A stretch of DNA of 64,000 nt from Phoronis australis (lineage: Eukaryota; Animalia; Phoronida): positions 2,452,369-2,516,368 of the forward strand of contig NMRA01000002.1 in the NCBI GenBank assembly GCA_002633005.1. Reading direction: 5' to 3'. Positions 53,453-64,000 of this stretch are shown here, piece after piece. A program made the translations under genes and the position numbers. The notes under the pieces are model-generated. The model was not told where the DNA came from. It made no database searches and was given only the letters and a program-made list of their open reading frames with translations. Positions within the stretch are counted from its first letter, which is position 1. Every line of letters begins with the position of its first letter.

Positions 53453-53954
53453 ATCGCGAAATTACTCCTCAAACGCGCAGCAAACAAATGTGGGCACCCC
53501 AGTTGTGAAGCTGGCAAACACTGAAAGTATCGCACGTTTGTCACCACGACGAGATCGATTACATAATCTCACTGCGGGGATTGCCGCGAATGCGCAAATC
53601 AGTCGTGTACAATGTGCAGTATAAAATACGACCGAAAGTTACAATTGATAAATATTCGTGAAAAAAAATTAAGACGGGAGTTCTCATTAGGTAATTGAAA
53701 TAATAATAACTTTATTAGAATCACACAAGTGCAGGGAAATAAAAGAAAAACATAAAAACACAAGTCAAAAATAAAAGTACAAGTGCAAGACACGTATCAA
53801 CATAAAAAGTCAACGATTTATTTCCATTATTGTAGGCAAAATAAATGAGAAACAAAATGAAAACCGATTAAAGACAAAAGGCAATCAGCAATGAATAAAT
53901 TAATCAGTTAGTATAAATAGGTAAATAAATAAATACATAAATACCTAAAAATCT

Positions 53955-55000
53955 GCCTTTTGCAGATCGAGTATAGGAGCATGCTAGTGTAATTTCCTTT
54001 GTCTAATTCTTTTCTGATGTGGTCGGATAGGTCAATAATACAAGTTTCAGTAGAATGCGATGGTCTAAAATCAGACTGGAGATCATAAAGATTGGAATAA
54101 TATCACTAAGTTTTGGTACAGTTGTTCGTAAACAAGCGTCTCAAGTACCTTTAATATGACACTAAGGATTGAAATAAGATGATAGTTGCCAGGAGCAGTC
54201 TTAGAATCTTTCTTGTGTAAGCCTATTGCAATGATCTTAGCAGGCTTAAAATTATTACATGTAGGTATTTCGCCCTCCTCATGCAATAATAATGTGAGTT
54301 AGTGGAGTTTTGATCACGTCGGCACCATCTCTTAAAAATCTGGGAGTGATGCCATCGAGACACGTGCCTTTACATGTACATGGTTTAACTTCACGTAATA
54401 GTTTGTGGGCGTGATCTTCTGATTCAGTCTCCAATTGAAAAACATCATTACGAGGTAAGGAACTGTATGTTTCTGTAAGAAAAGTGTTTCCGAACTTATC
54501 AGGAGTGGGGTGAAGTTCGGATACCAGTTTTTTTGCAGCCACGGTGATGAAGTATTCGTTGAATGACCCGGATATGTCATTGCTGTCTAGCTTCAGGACA
54601 ATGCTGGATGAGCTACACCCATCTAGATCGGATTTTTTGGGGGTCGTGTCGGTGTTAAATTAAGTCAGCTGGAATATAAGTCTTCTTGGTTTCCTTAACA
54701 GCAGTCTCGACTTGATCCCTGAGAGTACAATATTGTGGGAAGGTCTCAGGGTTACGTGAGCGTTTCAAATTAGAGAGGACTAAATAATTACGTTCATTGA
54801 TCAGTTGGATGATTTCACTTGAAAGTCAATCGGGGGTATGTTGCTTGATACGCCCGTTTTTGTTGGTGCTAGCTGAACAATGACGCGAGTAAACATGGAC
54901 TTGAAATTATTCCAAGAATTATGTACGCATTTACATTCGCTGGAAAGGACAGGATTCAAGTTAGTTTTGAGTAATTCATCGACTAGATCTTTAGAGCAAT
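53955..55000 (-). mobile_element. Decayed CR1/L2-type non-LTR retrotransposon fragment (linker plus start of reverse transcriptase)
   Basis: LDGITPRFLRDGADVI.TPLTHII, LHKK...PGNYHLISILSVILKVLE.LVY, RPSHSTETCIIDLSDHIRKELDKGNY; stops and frameshifts. Confidence 0.85.
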
Positions 55001-56014
55001 TCGTGAATGATCTTACGTCATTAAGTTAGGTGGGGAGGATTTTGTTAATTCTCTCTAAAGCGGGGGATCTCTTGTCGAGGGTCTTTTAAGTGTTTTTCTG
55101 CCATGAAGAGCCATGATTTCGGGATTAGTGAAAGGAACGCATTTCTTCATGACCTTTCAATCCCTTTATCGTGTTTAGGCAGGCGCCAATGAATACAAAC
55201 TCATTTATGGGGCGCAGAATACGCTCCATCTAAAAAATGGTAGGAACATGACGTCGTTGGTCTACTAAATAGGAACGTGGCATACGCAAAGAAAACCTAA
55301 CTTGCCACTATAGCGCGAGCCACAATAGTTCGATCCGACAGCACTAAAATCAACGTCAGGCGTGCTCATCTCAATCTGAAGTCTTCTCTGTGAAACTTGA
55401 TTGCATTCTTCAAACGTTGAGTAAAGAAATCCAAATTAACAAAACAAAATAATCGAATCTCAAGTCATGCAATCCCGTGTATATCTACAGGAACACGTCT
55501 GCAAACTTTCACGAACTTCCGTTGAGGGATTTTGGAGATACGGCAGAGCCGGGATGCCGGACTTCGGACGGAGATGAGCATGTGATAATGCGCCCTCGTG
55601 GGCATGCGTGTGAGCGTGCGTCCGGCTGTGTGTGGGCGCATAAAATGAACTTGCGCAATACTTCGTTTCAATAGTTTTAATAGAAACATTGTACAAGACA
55701 CCGAAAATACACATGTATACTATACGTGACGCAGAATACATGAAGATGGCACGTACAGTACATGTAAGTCCTGATTATTCTCACCCTACGTTTGTAATGG
55801 ATAGTTGCATAAGACAGTTAGGACCCGAGACACATTAGTGTGAAGAGTACGTGCGTAGGTATACAGTCAGGTAGTTTGCAAAGAACAAGGACTCGGGAAA
55901 ACAGGCATAAGAATTTTCTCATTTTTTCCACTAGAAGTTTCTAGTCATTTTCCTTAGAAGGTGGAGCTTAATTTATCGACATCAAACAAAATAAATTACC
56001 AATCACACATGGAC

Positions 56015-56168
56015 CAGTGGCGGATTTACGAGGGGGGCAAGGGGGCCAAGCCTCCCTCGCCTAAAATTCCACTTGGCAGTTCGCGGTGCGAATGTCACTG
56101 AGACGGGCAAAATCCTGGCTAATACTATGCCCTGCCCCCCCCAACTCAAAATCCTGGATCCGCCCATG
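56015..56168 (+). mobile_element. MITE family 1 copy
   Basis: tggac|cagtggcggattt ... ggatccgcccatg|tgtac (5-bp TSD, 1 mismatch). Confidence 0.82.
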
Positions 56169-56599
56169 TGTACATATAGGCCCTATCACTGAATTTTTCT
56201 CGACTTGATCTAATTCTTCAAGTATGCCAAGCATGCGAAGTTGTACACAAAGACAAACAACTCAACTACTCTCGCTAAACTGTAAAACTCCCAGGTTCAT
56301 GAAAAGGACATTACTGCAATAGAAAAAATAACAAATTATTTCTGAAACTTATACGAATAAAACAGTAATTACTCTTGTCGGAGGTGTTTTGAGGAAATCA
56401 TAATACCGTATCATCCTTGCAAATCGTTTTCAAAATAAACTGAGAAACAATGAAATTTGTCTAGTATTCAAAAACTTGACGCGCAAATCCACGAGTCCAT
56501 TTCTTATCCATTTGTCGCTTCAGCTTTCTCGCGGAATCGTAACACTACAACTCTCGACTGGTGTTGCACCACGTACCTTTGTCGAAATTTCGACAACAG

Positions 56600-56865
56600 G
56601 CCTTGCAAGTCTAAAATCGAAAATGCTACTTTATTGAGACAGAAGTTCCACCACTGTAAAACGAAAGCTCTCTAAGGTACTGAACGACACCTCGGAAATC
56701 GGCGGAAGAGATGAAATATACCAGATGGCAAAAACACCTGCTTCAAACAATTATTGTTGCATTTCTCAGAATAAGTTTATACCACGGAAAACAAAAAGTT
56801 GATTCCGACGCTCTGTTAGACCTCTTTAGCTCAGGTATCAACAAACCCCGCCGTGTACTTGATAG
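56600..56865 (+). pseudogene. Possible decayed hAT transposase C-terminal tail
   Basis: STTVKRKLSK then VDSDALLDLFS...KPRRV resembles the SSAxxERSFSKL ... IDxDxVIDxFAxxxPRRL tail; weak. Confidence 0.28.
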
Positions 56866-58900
56866 GACATTGGAGCAGTATCGTGACCATCTTTTGGAAG
56901 GAGGTAGCAATTTTGTTTCGATGTTTTTATCACAAATTTATCTATTTTATAAAGTAAGAAGCCCCAGAGGTCCGCGCAAATCATTGTATGGCGGTAGTCG
57001 TGACCAGAGCTACGGCCCTCGTCGACGTCTTTGTCACCATTGAGAAACATTTAAATTTAATGCTTGCTAAAAATGTTACGCCAGTCAATCAAGGTAGCTG
57101 TGTCTTAAAAACAATTAAACTGTCCATAAGACTGTTTCAACTGAAGAATAAAACAACGTGTTTCTGGATGACTGTCAGGATTGCTGCGGAATCTTTTATG
57201 TTGACTTAACACTACGACTCAGCCTGCACCTACACGAAAATACGGTAAAACACACGACTACAGTGACATCTATCGTCATTCGTTGGCTACTCGGCGTGCG
57301 ACTGATTTTGACAATACAAGCACCCTTTTCGTTTTGATAACACCCACTGTTACACATCAAAGAGTCCCCGCGTATCTTTGAATGGATTTGCTCGCCCCCG
57401 TTTATCAGTCTCACGGTACACAGTCAGAAGCATTCACGAACTCGAAGTCAAATAACTAAAGAACGAAAGGTCGGAAGCGGAAATCGAAAATAATTTTCTA
57501 AAATATCATCTACCGGCCGAGTTAGAAGCGAGTTTAAGAAAGATTTGACTAATTATGTCAATTTTTATTTTTGTCAATATTAGCAAATAAAACTCAAAAT
57601 ATCTCAAAATTGCTAAGAGGGAGCCAAAGGAAACGTTAATGTTCAGTTAGTAGCGCATTTCTTAGAAAATTTATTCAACGAATTTTGGTGGTCCAGTATG
57701 CTAAGCCCAATTAGAATTCGATCCAAGGTTAATTGAAAACAACACAAGGGCGGCAACAGTCGCAGTCTTGAATGTAAATTTTGTGTAAAATGCAACAAAT
57801 AAGCACAAAGATTCTGCAAAATAAACACATCTAATCTGCAAATCATTAATTGTAAATAGTCACATTTGTTAGATGTTTTGGGCAAAAATTGGAGTGCCTC
57901 GACAAAAAGGCAGCCTCATCTTGTTAAGGGTGCAAATGTCACGTGCAAAATGGTAGTACACATGTGGTTCTATATGTGTGGCAATTTTGAGTGCAGTACA
58001 GGTATAATGAAAAACGCCAGTTTTAGAAATGTTCAAGATGGTCGCTACTTCTGCCATTTTGGTTCTGCTTGGGACAAAACTAAAAGGCTTTGAGAAATTC
58101 AGAAGTTGCACGTTTTTCATAAATCTCATGTCATTCAGATGAGAAATGCCACCTGTAGGGTGCGACCAAACAAACATCTTCACAATTGAGACCCGCCAGT
58201 AACATACTTGGAGAAATTTATTTCGCCAAGCAACAAACTCACGTCATGACAAAGCGAGCAATAATTCTGACAAGAAATTTGTCCAAATTGGGCAGAGTCT
58301 GACAGAGTTCTGACCAAGATTGTCAAGTCTATTTTGAAAGTTGCTATACAGTATAACCCAACGCTCACGTTTAGGTCACTTCCATTTACAAGCCCACATG
58401 GGCGAGTATAAGGCCATCAAATATTTTACCTCATCGAACTTATTGACTTTACCACTTTCCGTTGACAAACTGTCCAATCGACAGCAATGTATGAAAAAAT
58501 ACACAAGCATACGTCACTTACATACGCTAACAACATGATTCTTTCAAAGTTTACATTAATGTCATATAATTTCACGACAACAGCCCATGGGCTTGTGCAC
58601 AAATGTTTGTATAAATAAACCCTCTTTGGGAATCGGCCAAATTTAAAACCGACAAGCTTGTACCTTCAAGAAATCAGTAACATTTAATTTTTATAATGCA
58701 TAAAATCTACATTGACCATATCTAAAATGTATTACAATTGTTTAAGCCTACATATTCTAAACACAGACAACAAATAGATAGTTGAGGACTGATATTCATG
58801 TAAAGCACACATGGCATCTCATAATACACAAAACATTAGACACGATGGTTCCCACTGGTGTAGAACATAAGTTACAGTATAAGCACCAGAAATGACTGCG

Positions 58901-59027
58901 TCAGACCCTGTTCTCTGAAGAGGAAATCAGTTGGTCCACTCTGGCTATCACTTCATCTATACTGGGCCGATCAGTCAACTTGACTACTAGCATTGAGTTC
59001 ACCAAACTTTGTAGACCACCAGAATAT
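58901..59027 (-). CDS. STK16: Serine/threonine kinase 16, last coding exon
   Basis: ttccgtag|A TAT TCT; YSGGLQSLVNSML...DRPSI; TGA at 58901-58903. Confidence 0.9.
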
Positions 59028-59618
59028 CTACGGAAGAATTAGATTTTGCAAATATCATTACCCTATTTATGTCCATAAGTAAACACAGCATATACTTAAT
59101 ATACTCTTGTGTATGTGACCATCACATGGAGATTACGTAGGACCCTACTGACAAGCCTGCATTCTTAGCCAAATATCTGCAAAACTACAGATTTCAACTC
59201 GTCAGTAAAAGAATATTTTCTGAAAGAAATAAGCCCGCCTAATTTACTATTTTTAATTTTCACCAATTTGATATTAATGGGGCCACGTAGTTATGTCTCT
59301 TATTTACGTGTATGTCTGAGTTGACGGTCAGGGCATTAAGTTGAGAAATTCTAAACTCATTGGGAGGATGCTAAAACTGAATACACAGGAACATCATGGT
59401 GGTAACTCAAACGTGAAAATGGTGCAAATTCAAAGCGTGTTAGCAAAATGAGGGCATTAACCCGAGCATATACCATATTATTCCCCTGGTGTTGCATGTA
59501 GTCTACCAGCAGGTATTTTTAATTGTCAAAAATAATTTGTTCGAGTTTGGAGACCAGACTCCGTTTCTCATTTGTAAACCTGAGAAAGTACGAGAATCAA
59601 AACTTGATAAATGCTTAC

Positions 59619-59743
59619 ATTGAGTTGTCAGGGTGATTAACTGTGCCACTCATCACAGCTAAAGCTAGACTGTCTCCCTTCTGGTAAACCTCATCAAAAG
59701 GAGACTGACGGTACATCATGGCGTAGAGGACACAGCCTAGGGA
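59619..59743 (-). CDS. STK16: Serine/threonine kinase 16, exon
   Basis: SLGCVLYAMMY..SPFDEVYQKGDSLALAV; tttcag| ... |gtaagc, phase 0-2. Confidence 0.94.
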
Positions 59744-60656
59744 CTGAAAAAGAAAGGATGGTGTGAGAGTGAAACATTAAGTCTTCAATTATGTAAAAAT
59801 AATAGCATTTAGTAGTTAACTACAGTTCACAAGTATGCAATCAGGTAGTTTTCATGAACCTTTCATTACAAATAGGATACCTGATATTTCCACATGTAAA
59901 TGCACAAGATATATTCTGCATAATGTGCATCTCCCGAGAAGATCAGCTTTCAACTGAAAATTCTCAAGAAATTCTCTTTCACAATACTTCACAATTAAAA
60001 TCCTTTGTTTAAAAATATTACAGGTTTCATTTGATTTGAGTCTTGGCATCTATTTCAAGTGAAATACTTTAAGATTTCAACCATGTACATCTTCTTTTCA
60101 CCAAGTACCTGACATGTACATGTATCAGATGACTATTACTGTATACAGCCACTCAGCTGGACATTCACACGAAAATATCAGATACTACATATTTCACCGT
60201 CAGTTCAGGCTTGAGTAAGCGTCAGCTGCCTATATTGGTGCATTTTTCTAGCTTGTGACATGCTGTTTGCATAACAATGCAGAGGTCATATTTAAAAAAT
60301 CATGACTATGGTTCAATTGACCAACAGGAGTCCAGCCAAAGGGACGGAGGACCAAAGGCTCATGTTGCTATTGTGTGTCCTTTTTGCTTCCAATGAGTCC
60401 CGAGACCCTAATAAAGCAATCCCAGTGTGTCAGTGAAAGTATTTATGCATTAATGAAAATATTTTGTGCCAATAACACGAGACACACTTCTAAACTTATA
60501 TGGCAATGCTGCCAAACTCACGGCCAGTAGCATAGTGCCCAGAGTCAAGATCATTCTTCTTGAACAACTGCATCATTCAATAAAAATGCAACATAATACA
60601 AAATTATCGTTTGAACATAAAAGCAATTATGTCACAATACAAAGAATGGATTATAC

Positions 60657-60752
60657 CCATATGTCCGTTCGCTCATCAATGACAGAATGTGTCTCAACAT
60701 GAAATAGCTCGGGTGGTCTGTACGTCATAGTGCACCGCTCAGAAGCTTCATC
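60657..60752 (-). CDS. STK16: Serine/threonine kinase 16, exon
   Basis: DEASERCTMTYRPPELFHVETHSVIDERTDIW; 96 nt, phase 0-0. Confidence 0.94.
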
Positions 60753-61643
60753 CTGAAGATAGTCAGAAATGGGACAAACTAGTCAAGTTGAAATTTCAAA
60801 ATCTTTACAAGAAATTCTGGACAGTGAGTTCGAAATTGCCATGCCGGATGCTGCGGTGTAAGTGAAAAGCAAACTACTTAAAATTCCATTTTACTGAATT
60901 CCCTGGCACTAGTAACAAAGAAAAATTTTTGTCATTGACTTAAGAACACTACACTTATGACGTGCACACATGCATTCGATAATTCTTTTTGCAATATCTT
61001 TCGAAATGTGATGGAAACTTTACTGAAGCAAACTTTGCTCAGAAATTCAGTTGGTTGGTATTAAGATACTAAAAACTTGTAACAAAAGGGAAACCATTTC
61101 CAATAATTTGTTGTGACATGTGCGCAACTTTGTAGATGAAGAACAATTAATTGAAGAATTGGAGAAAAAAAAATTGACCAATAGGTGACTATCTTATCGC
61201 TCCACAAATTCAATGGCAGAATAAAGGTAGAGCACTGCTAATTAGTCTAGTTTACTCAAGGAAGGGTATAGTTTTTAATGACCTTTAATTTGGTGTTGGA
61301 ATTTGTTTCGCCATTTTTACCCACAATGCTGCACGGCTGTAAATTATCCAGTTTGGCACCAAAGCAGCCAGGAGAATGACTTTCCAATGGTTGATAACAA
61401 AACCAAAGGTATCTTTCTTCGGCACAAAGGGCCATAGGATAACCTGAGGCAATCTAATCACAAACAGCCCTTATTTGAAACTGGAGTGTTCTGATTAGTA
61501 CAAAGGATTAAGTGGTACCACTGGGACATCCTGAGAGCTCTGATAAGCGACTGTCAGAACTAACAATGACCACAGTCAATATTAAGTCCATTCTAAAACA
61601 GCATTCACATTTTGCGTTGAAAACGCATGGTCGCTTTGCTGAC

Positions 61644-61764
61644 CTGTAATGCCATAGCTTGAGACGATGTGCTCACATCAACTTGTGCATTGGCAGCTGA
61701 GCCCAGGTCCATCAGTATAGGGGTGTCATCATCTGACAACAGAATGTTTCCGGGTTTTAGGTCT
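61644..61764 (-). CDS. STK16: Serine/threonine kinase 16, exon (catalytic loop, DLG)
   Basis: (HR)DLKPGNILL...PILMDLGS...QAMALQ; phase 2-0. Confidence 0.94.
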
Positions 61765-62664
61765 CTACAACAGGAAAAAACATGTCATTTGAAGTCAACA
61801 GAAAACTAGTCATCGAAGTGTGTAAGCAAACCTGTTATGAGGAAGTATGTTATTGGTCTCGGCATAAGCTCAGATTCGACTGACATTAGGATGAGAGAAC
61901 TTACAAATTTAAATTTGTCATGAGTTATAGGTGACAAATAATTGTAATACACACTACAAATCATCTTAGTTTCAATAATCACTGTCAACGCTACAAATTA
62001 ATACCAAAACACAAGAAAAAACGAAAACTACAAAATTGTAAAGATGTTACCACAGACAGAAAAAAAATAAGACATATGCGACACTCGGAATTTACATCTA
62101 TAGCACTTGCTAAGTAAAAGGTCTTCGCATCATTGAACAGTTGATTCACAATTAGGCAAAATTTGTCCACACGATCACTGAAGTCTTAGTGGAATTGGAG
62201 AATATTTCATACCACTATAATTGATGCCAATTCNTTGGAGACTCCATGTCCACCAGACAGATGCAAAATGCAGTTTGCAAAGCGCACTCCAATAAAACAC
62301 ATGGAGTTGGCATTACGGTCACAATAAATTCACACTTGCAGTACAAGCACTCATATTTCTTCACAATCCCAAACTTAATTTAAAGTCAGGAAGGAGACTA
62401 CTACTCTTTTATGTGCCATTCAGCCAATCTAACACTTTCTAACACTAATTGTTAACTGCTGTGTTCTTTAGTAATTGCTTAGCGCTTTTACTGTCTTAGT
62501 GCTTAATGGTTTTCTCCTATCCATCACATCCACTAAATTAGCGCTACGAATCACCACAGTGTTTTTTTTCAAACAATTGCTGTGGGCATACTAACAAAAA
62601 AACTGACATGTATGTTCCAAGGACAACATTATGAAATAACTCTGTTTAGTAAAAAAGAATCCAC

Positions 62665-62804
62665 CTGTGAGCTATAGGTGGGTTGTGTCGGTGAAGCATT
62701 CTAACTCCTTCGCAGGACCCCCTAAAGAGTCTGAGTATTCTTGGTTCTCTAATGTGCTCATTACGACGTGTCATGAGTTCAATTTCATCTTGCACTGTAC
62801 CCCT
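62665..62804 (-). CDS. STK16: Serine/threonine kinase 16, exon
   Basis: RGTVQDEIE...ILRLFRGSCEGV...PPIAHR; ctttcag| ... |gtggat, phase 0-2. Confidence 0.92.
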
Positions 62805-63786
62805 CTGAAAGCAAAGAACAATTAAATGCAAACTTGTAAGTAAAAGGAAGTCAACATTTTATAAATTCTACTCACAGCTGGTATACATTGGTTAAAGGCC
62901 CACCTTCTATGGAAAAAGTCAAATTTTGATTTAGACCAATTATTGTTACAAACTTGGTTTCAAATAGTTTTTTCTGATGAATGGTGTGTGATTGAGTAAC
63001 ATGGGATATAAGGCCAAAAAAGCAAATGGCTGTTTCTGGTCTCTTATTTTGAAAATTGAGTCGGTGGTGTTTTTTTTAGTTGTTCACTTTTTCAAAGCAG
63101 CAAAATCCATCTTAGTAAAGCAAAAAAAGGTGTTGGTATTTGTTGTTTTTACTCGTCGCTTGACAAATCATGGCATTTCAAACCTCGCTTACCCTGGTTT
63201 ACATGCCTTTGCGAAGCTTTCCAAAAAACCATGAGACTTGCGATGAAATTGAAGCGGGCGGACAATTCAGGATAGCCAGACAAGAATCAACTTTAGTTTT
63301 TTGGCCAAACATTGCATTTTGGGTGGACATGAGTAAAGAAAAAATGCCGAACCAATTTTGATGGTATGTTTAATAAAACTACAGTTCCCTGGTTACCTTG
63401 GAAACCTATTTTCTGCTGCTCTAGTCCACATTTACTATTTATGGAACAATGAAAAGAGACATGAACTTCCTGCAATGGCCCGCTACGTCTGGGTTTTGCA
63501 TAAACTCTTATTGAGAAACCAAAATAATTGTATCCTATTCAGCATTGAACGCATTTGGTGCAGGTCATTCATGTTTGTTCAATGGAAGTGAGTCCAGAAC
63601 AAAGGTGAGGGCATTTTGCTGGGCCATTCAAGTCACTTTCTACTCTTCCACACATGCTAAGGAAACAGCAGTAAACACGAAAAAAAATTCACTCACAGAT
63701 ATCCTATCATCAAAAATTTTAAAGATTATACTAAAAATGGTGTTTACGTGTATCGTAGAAATTAGCAACTGGAGCATATTCCTTAC

Positions 63787-64000
63787 ACTGTAAAAAGGCA
63801 CGACTAGTAAAACTTCTGTGATTTTATTTCTGGTTTGTGCCTCGTAGATTTCGGATGTCCCAGCCTCTTCACAAGTAATGATATTCGGATGGTCAAAACT
63901 TTTGGTTATCTCGACTTCCCGCATCGCAATCTTTTCATCTTCTTTAGAATGACATCTCATACGCTTCAAAGCGAACACTTTGCGACTGTGGGAATCCTCG
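63787..64000 (-). CDS. STK16: Serine/threonine kinase 16, exon (truncated by window edge; N-lobe)
   Basis: FALKRMRCH...AMREV...FDHPNII...LLVVPFYS|gtaagg. Confidence 0.92.

Noticed and set aside
60657-61764. Kinase with DLG instead of DFG and YRPPE instead of APE
   Set aside because: DLG is normal for STK16/NAK-family kinases and the PPE variant is minor; the catalytic Lys, HRD and Asn are intact.
1-64000. CRISPR arrays, tRNA/rRNA genes, phage or prokaryotic defence systems
   Set aside because: No regularly spaced repeat-spacer structure or structural RNA motifs were seen; all genes are intron-containing animal genes.

Overview
Metazoan (most likely marine invertebrate) genomic DNA with spliced genes and repeat-rich introns; nothing prokaryotic (no CRISPR, rRNA or tRNA seen). 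Exon models were built by hand from GT-AG sites and phase consistency. (1) A possible unidentified gene leaving the window on the - strand at the left edge. (2) MRPS14 (+, coding exons 1541-1741 and 2625-2807; first exon not located). (3) A small secreted single-WSC-domain gene (-, signal-peptide exon 10146-10215, WSC exon 5533-5802). (4) Two tandem SLC16/monocarboxylate-transporter-family paralogs on the - strand: copy A at 13337-21834 (6 coding exons, ~467 aa) and copy B at 40035-53452 (~476 aa), which has two intact duplicated versions of its first coding exon. (5) STK16 kinase (-, 58901 to beyond the right edge). Non-coding space holds several MITE families with 5-bp target-site duplications, a nested-hairpin element, a hAT-like element, decayed transposase and LINE remnants, and simple repeats. 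The most interesting signals are the apparently mutually exclusive duplicated SLC16 first exon, and a strong excess of TACATGTA/TACWGTA/TAGGCCTA words that behave as small insertions at TA sites, as expected of Tc1/mariner-type excision footprints. I found no convincing evidence for a wholly new multi-gene system.
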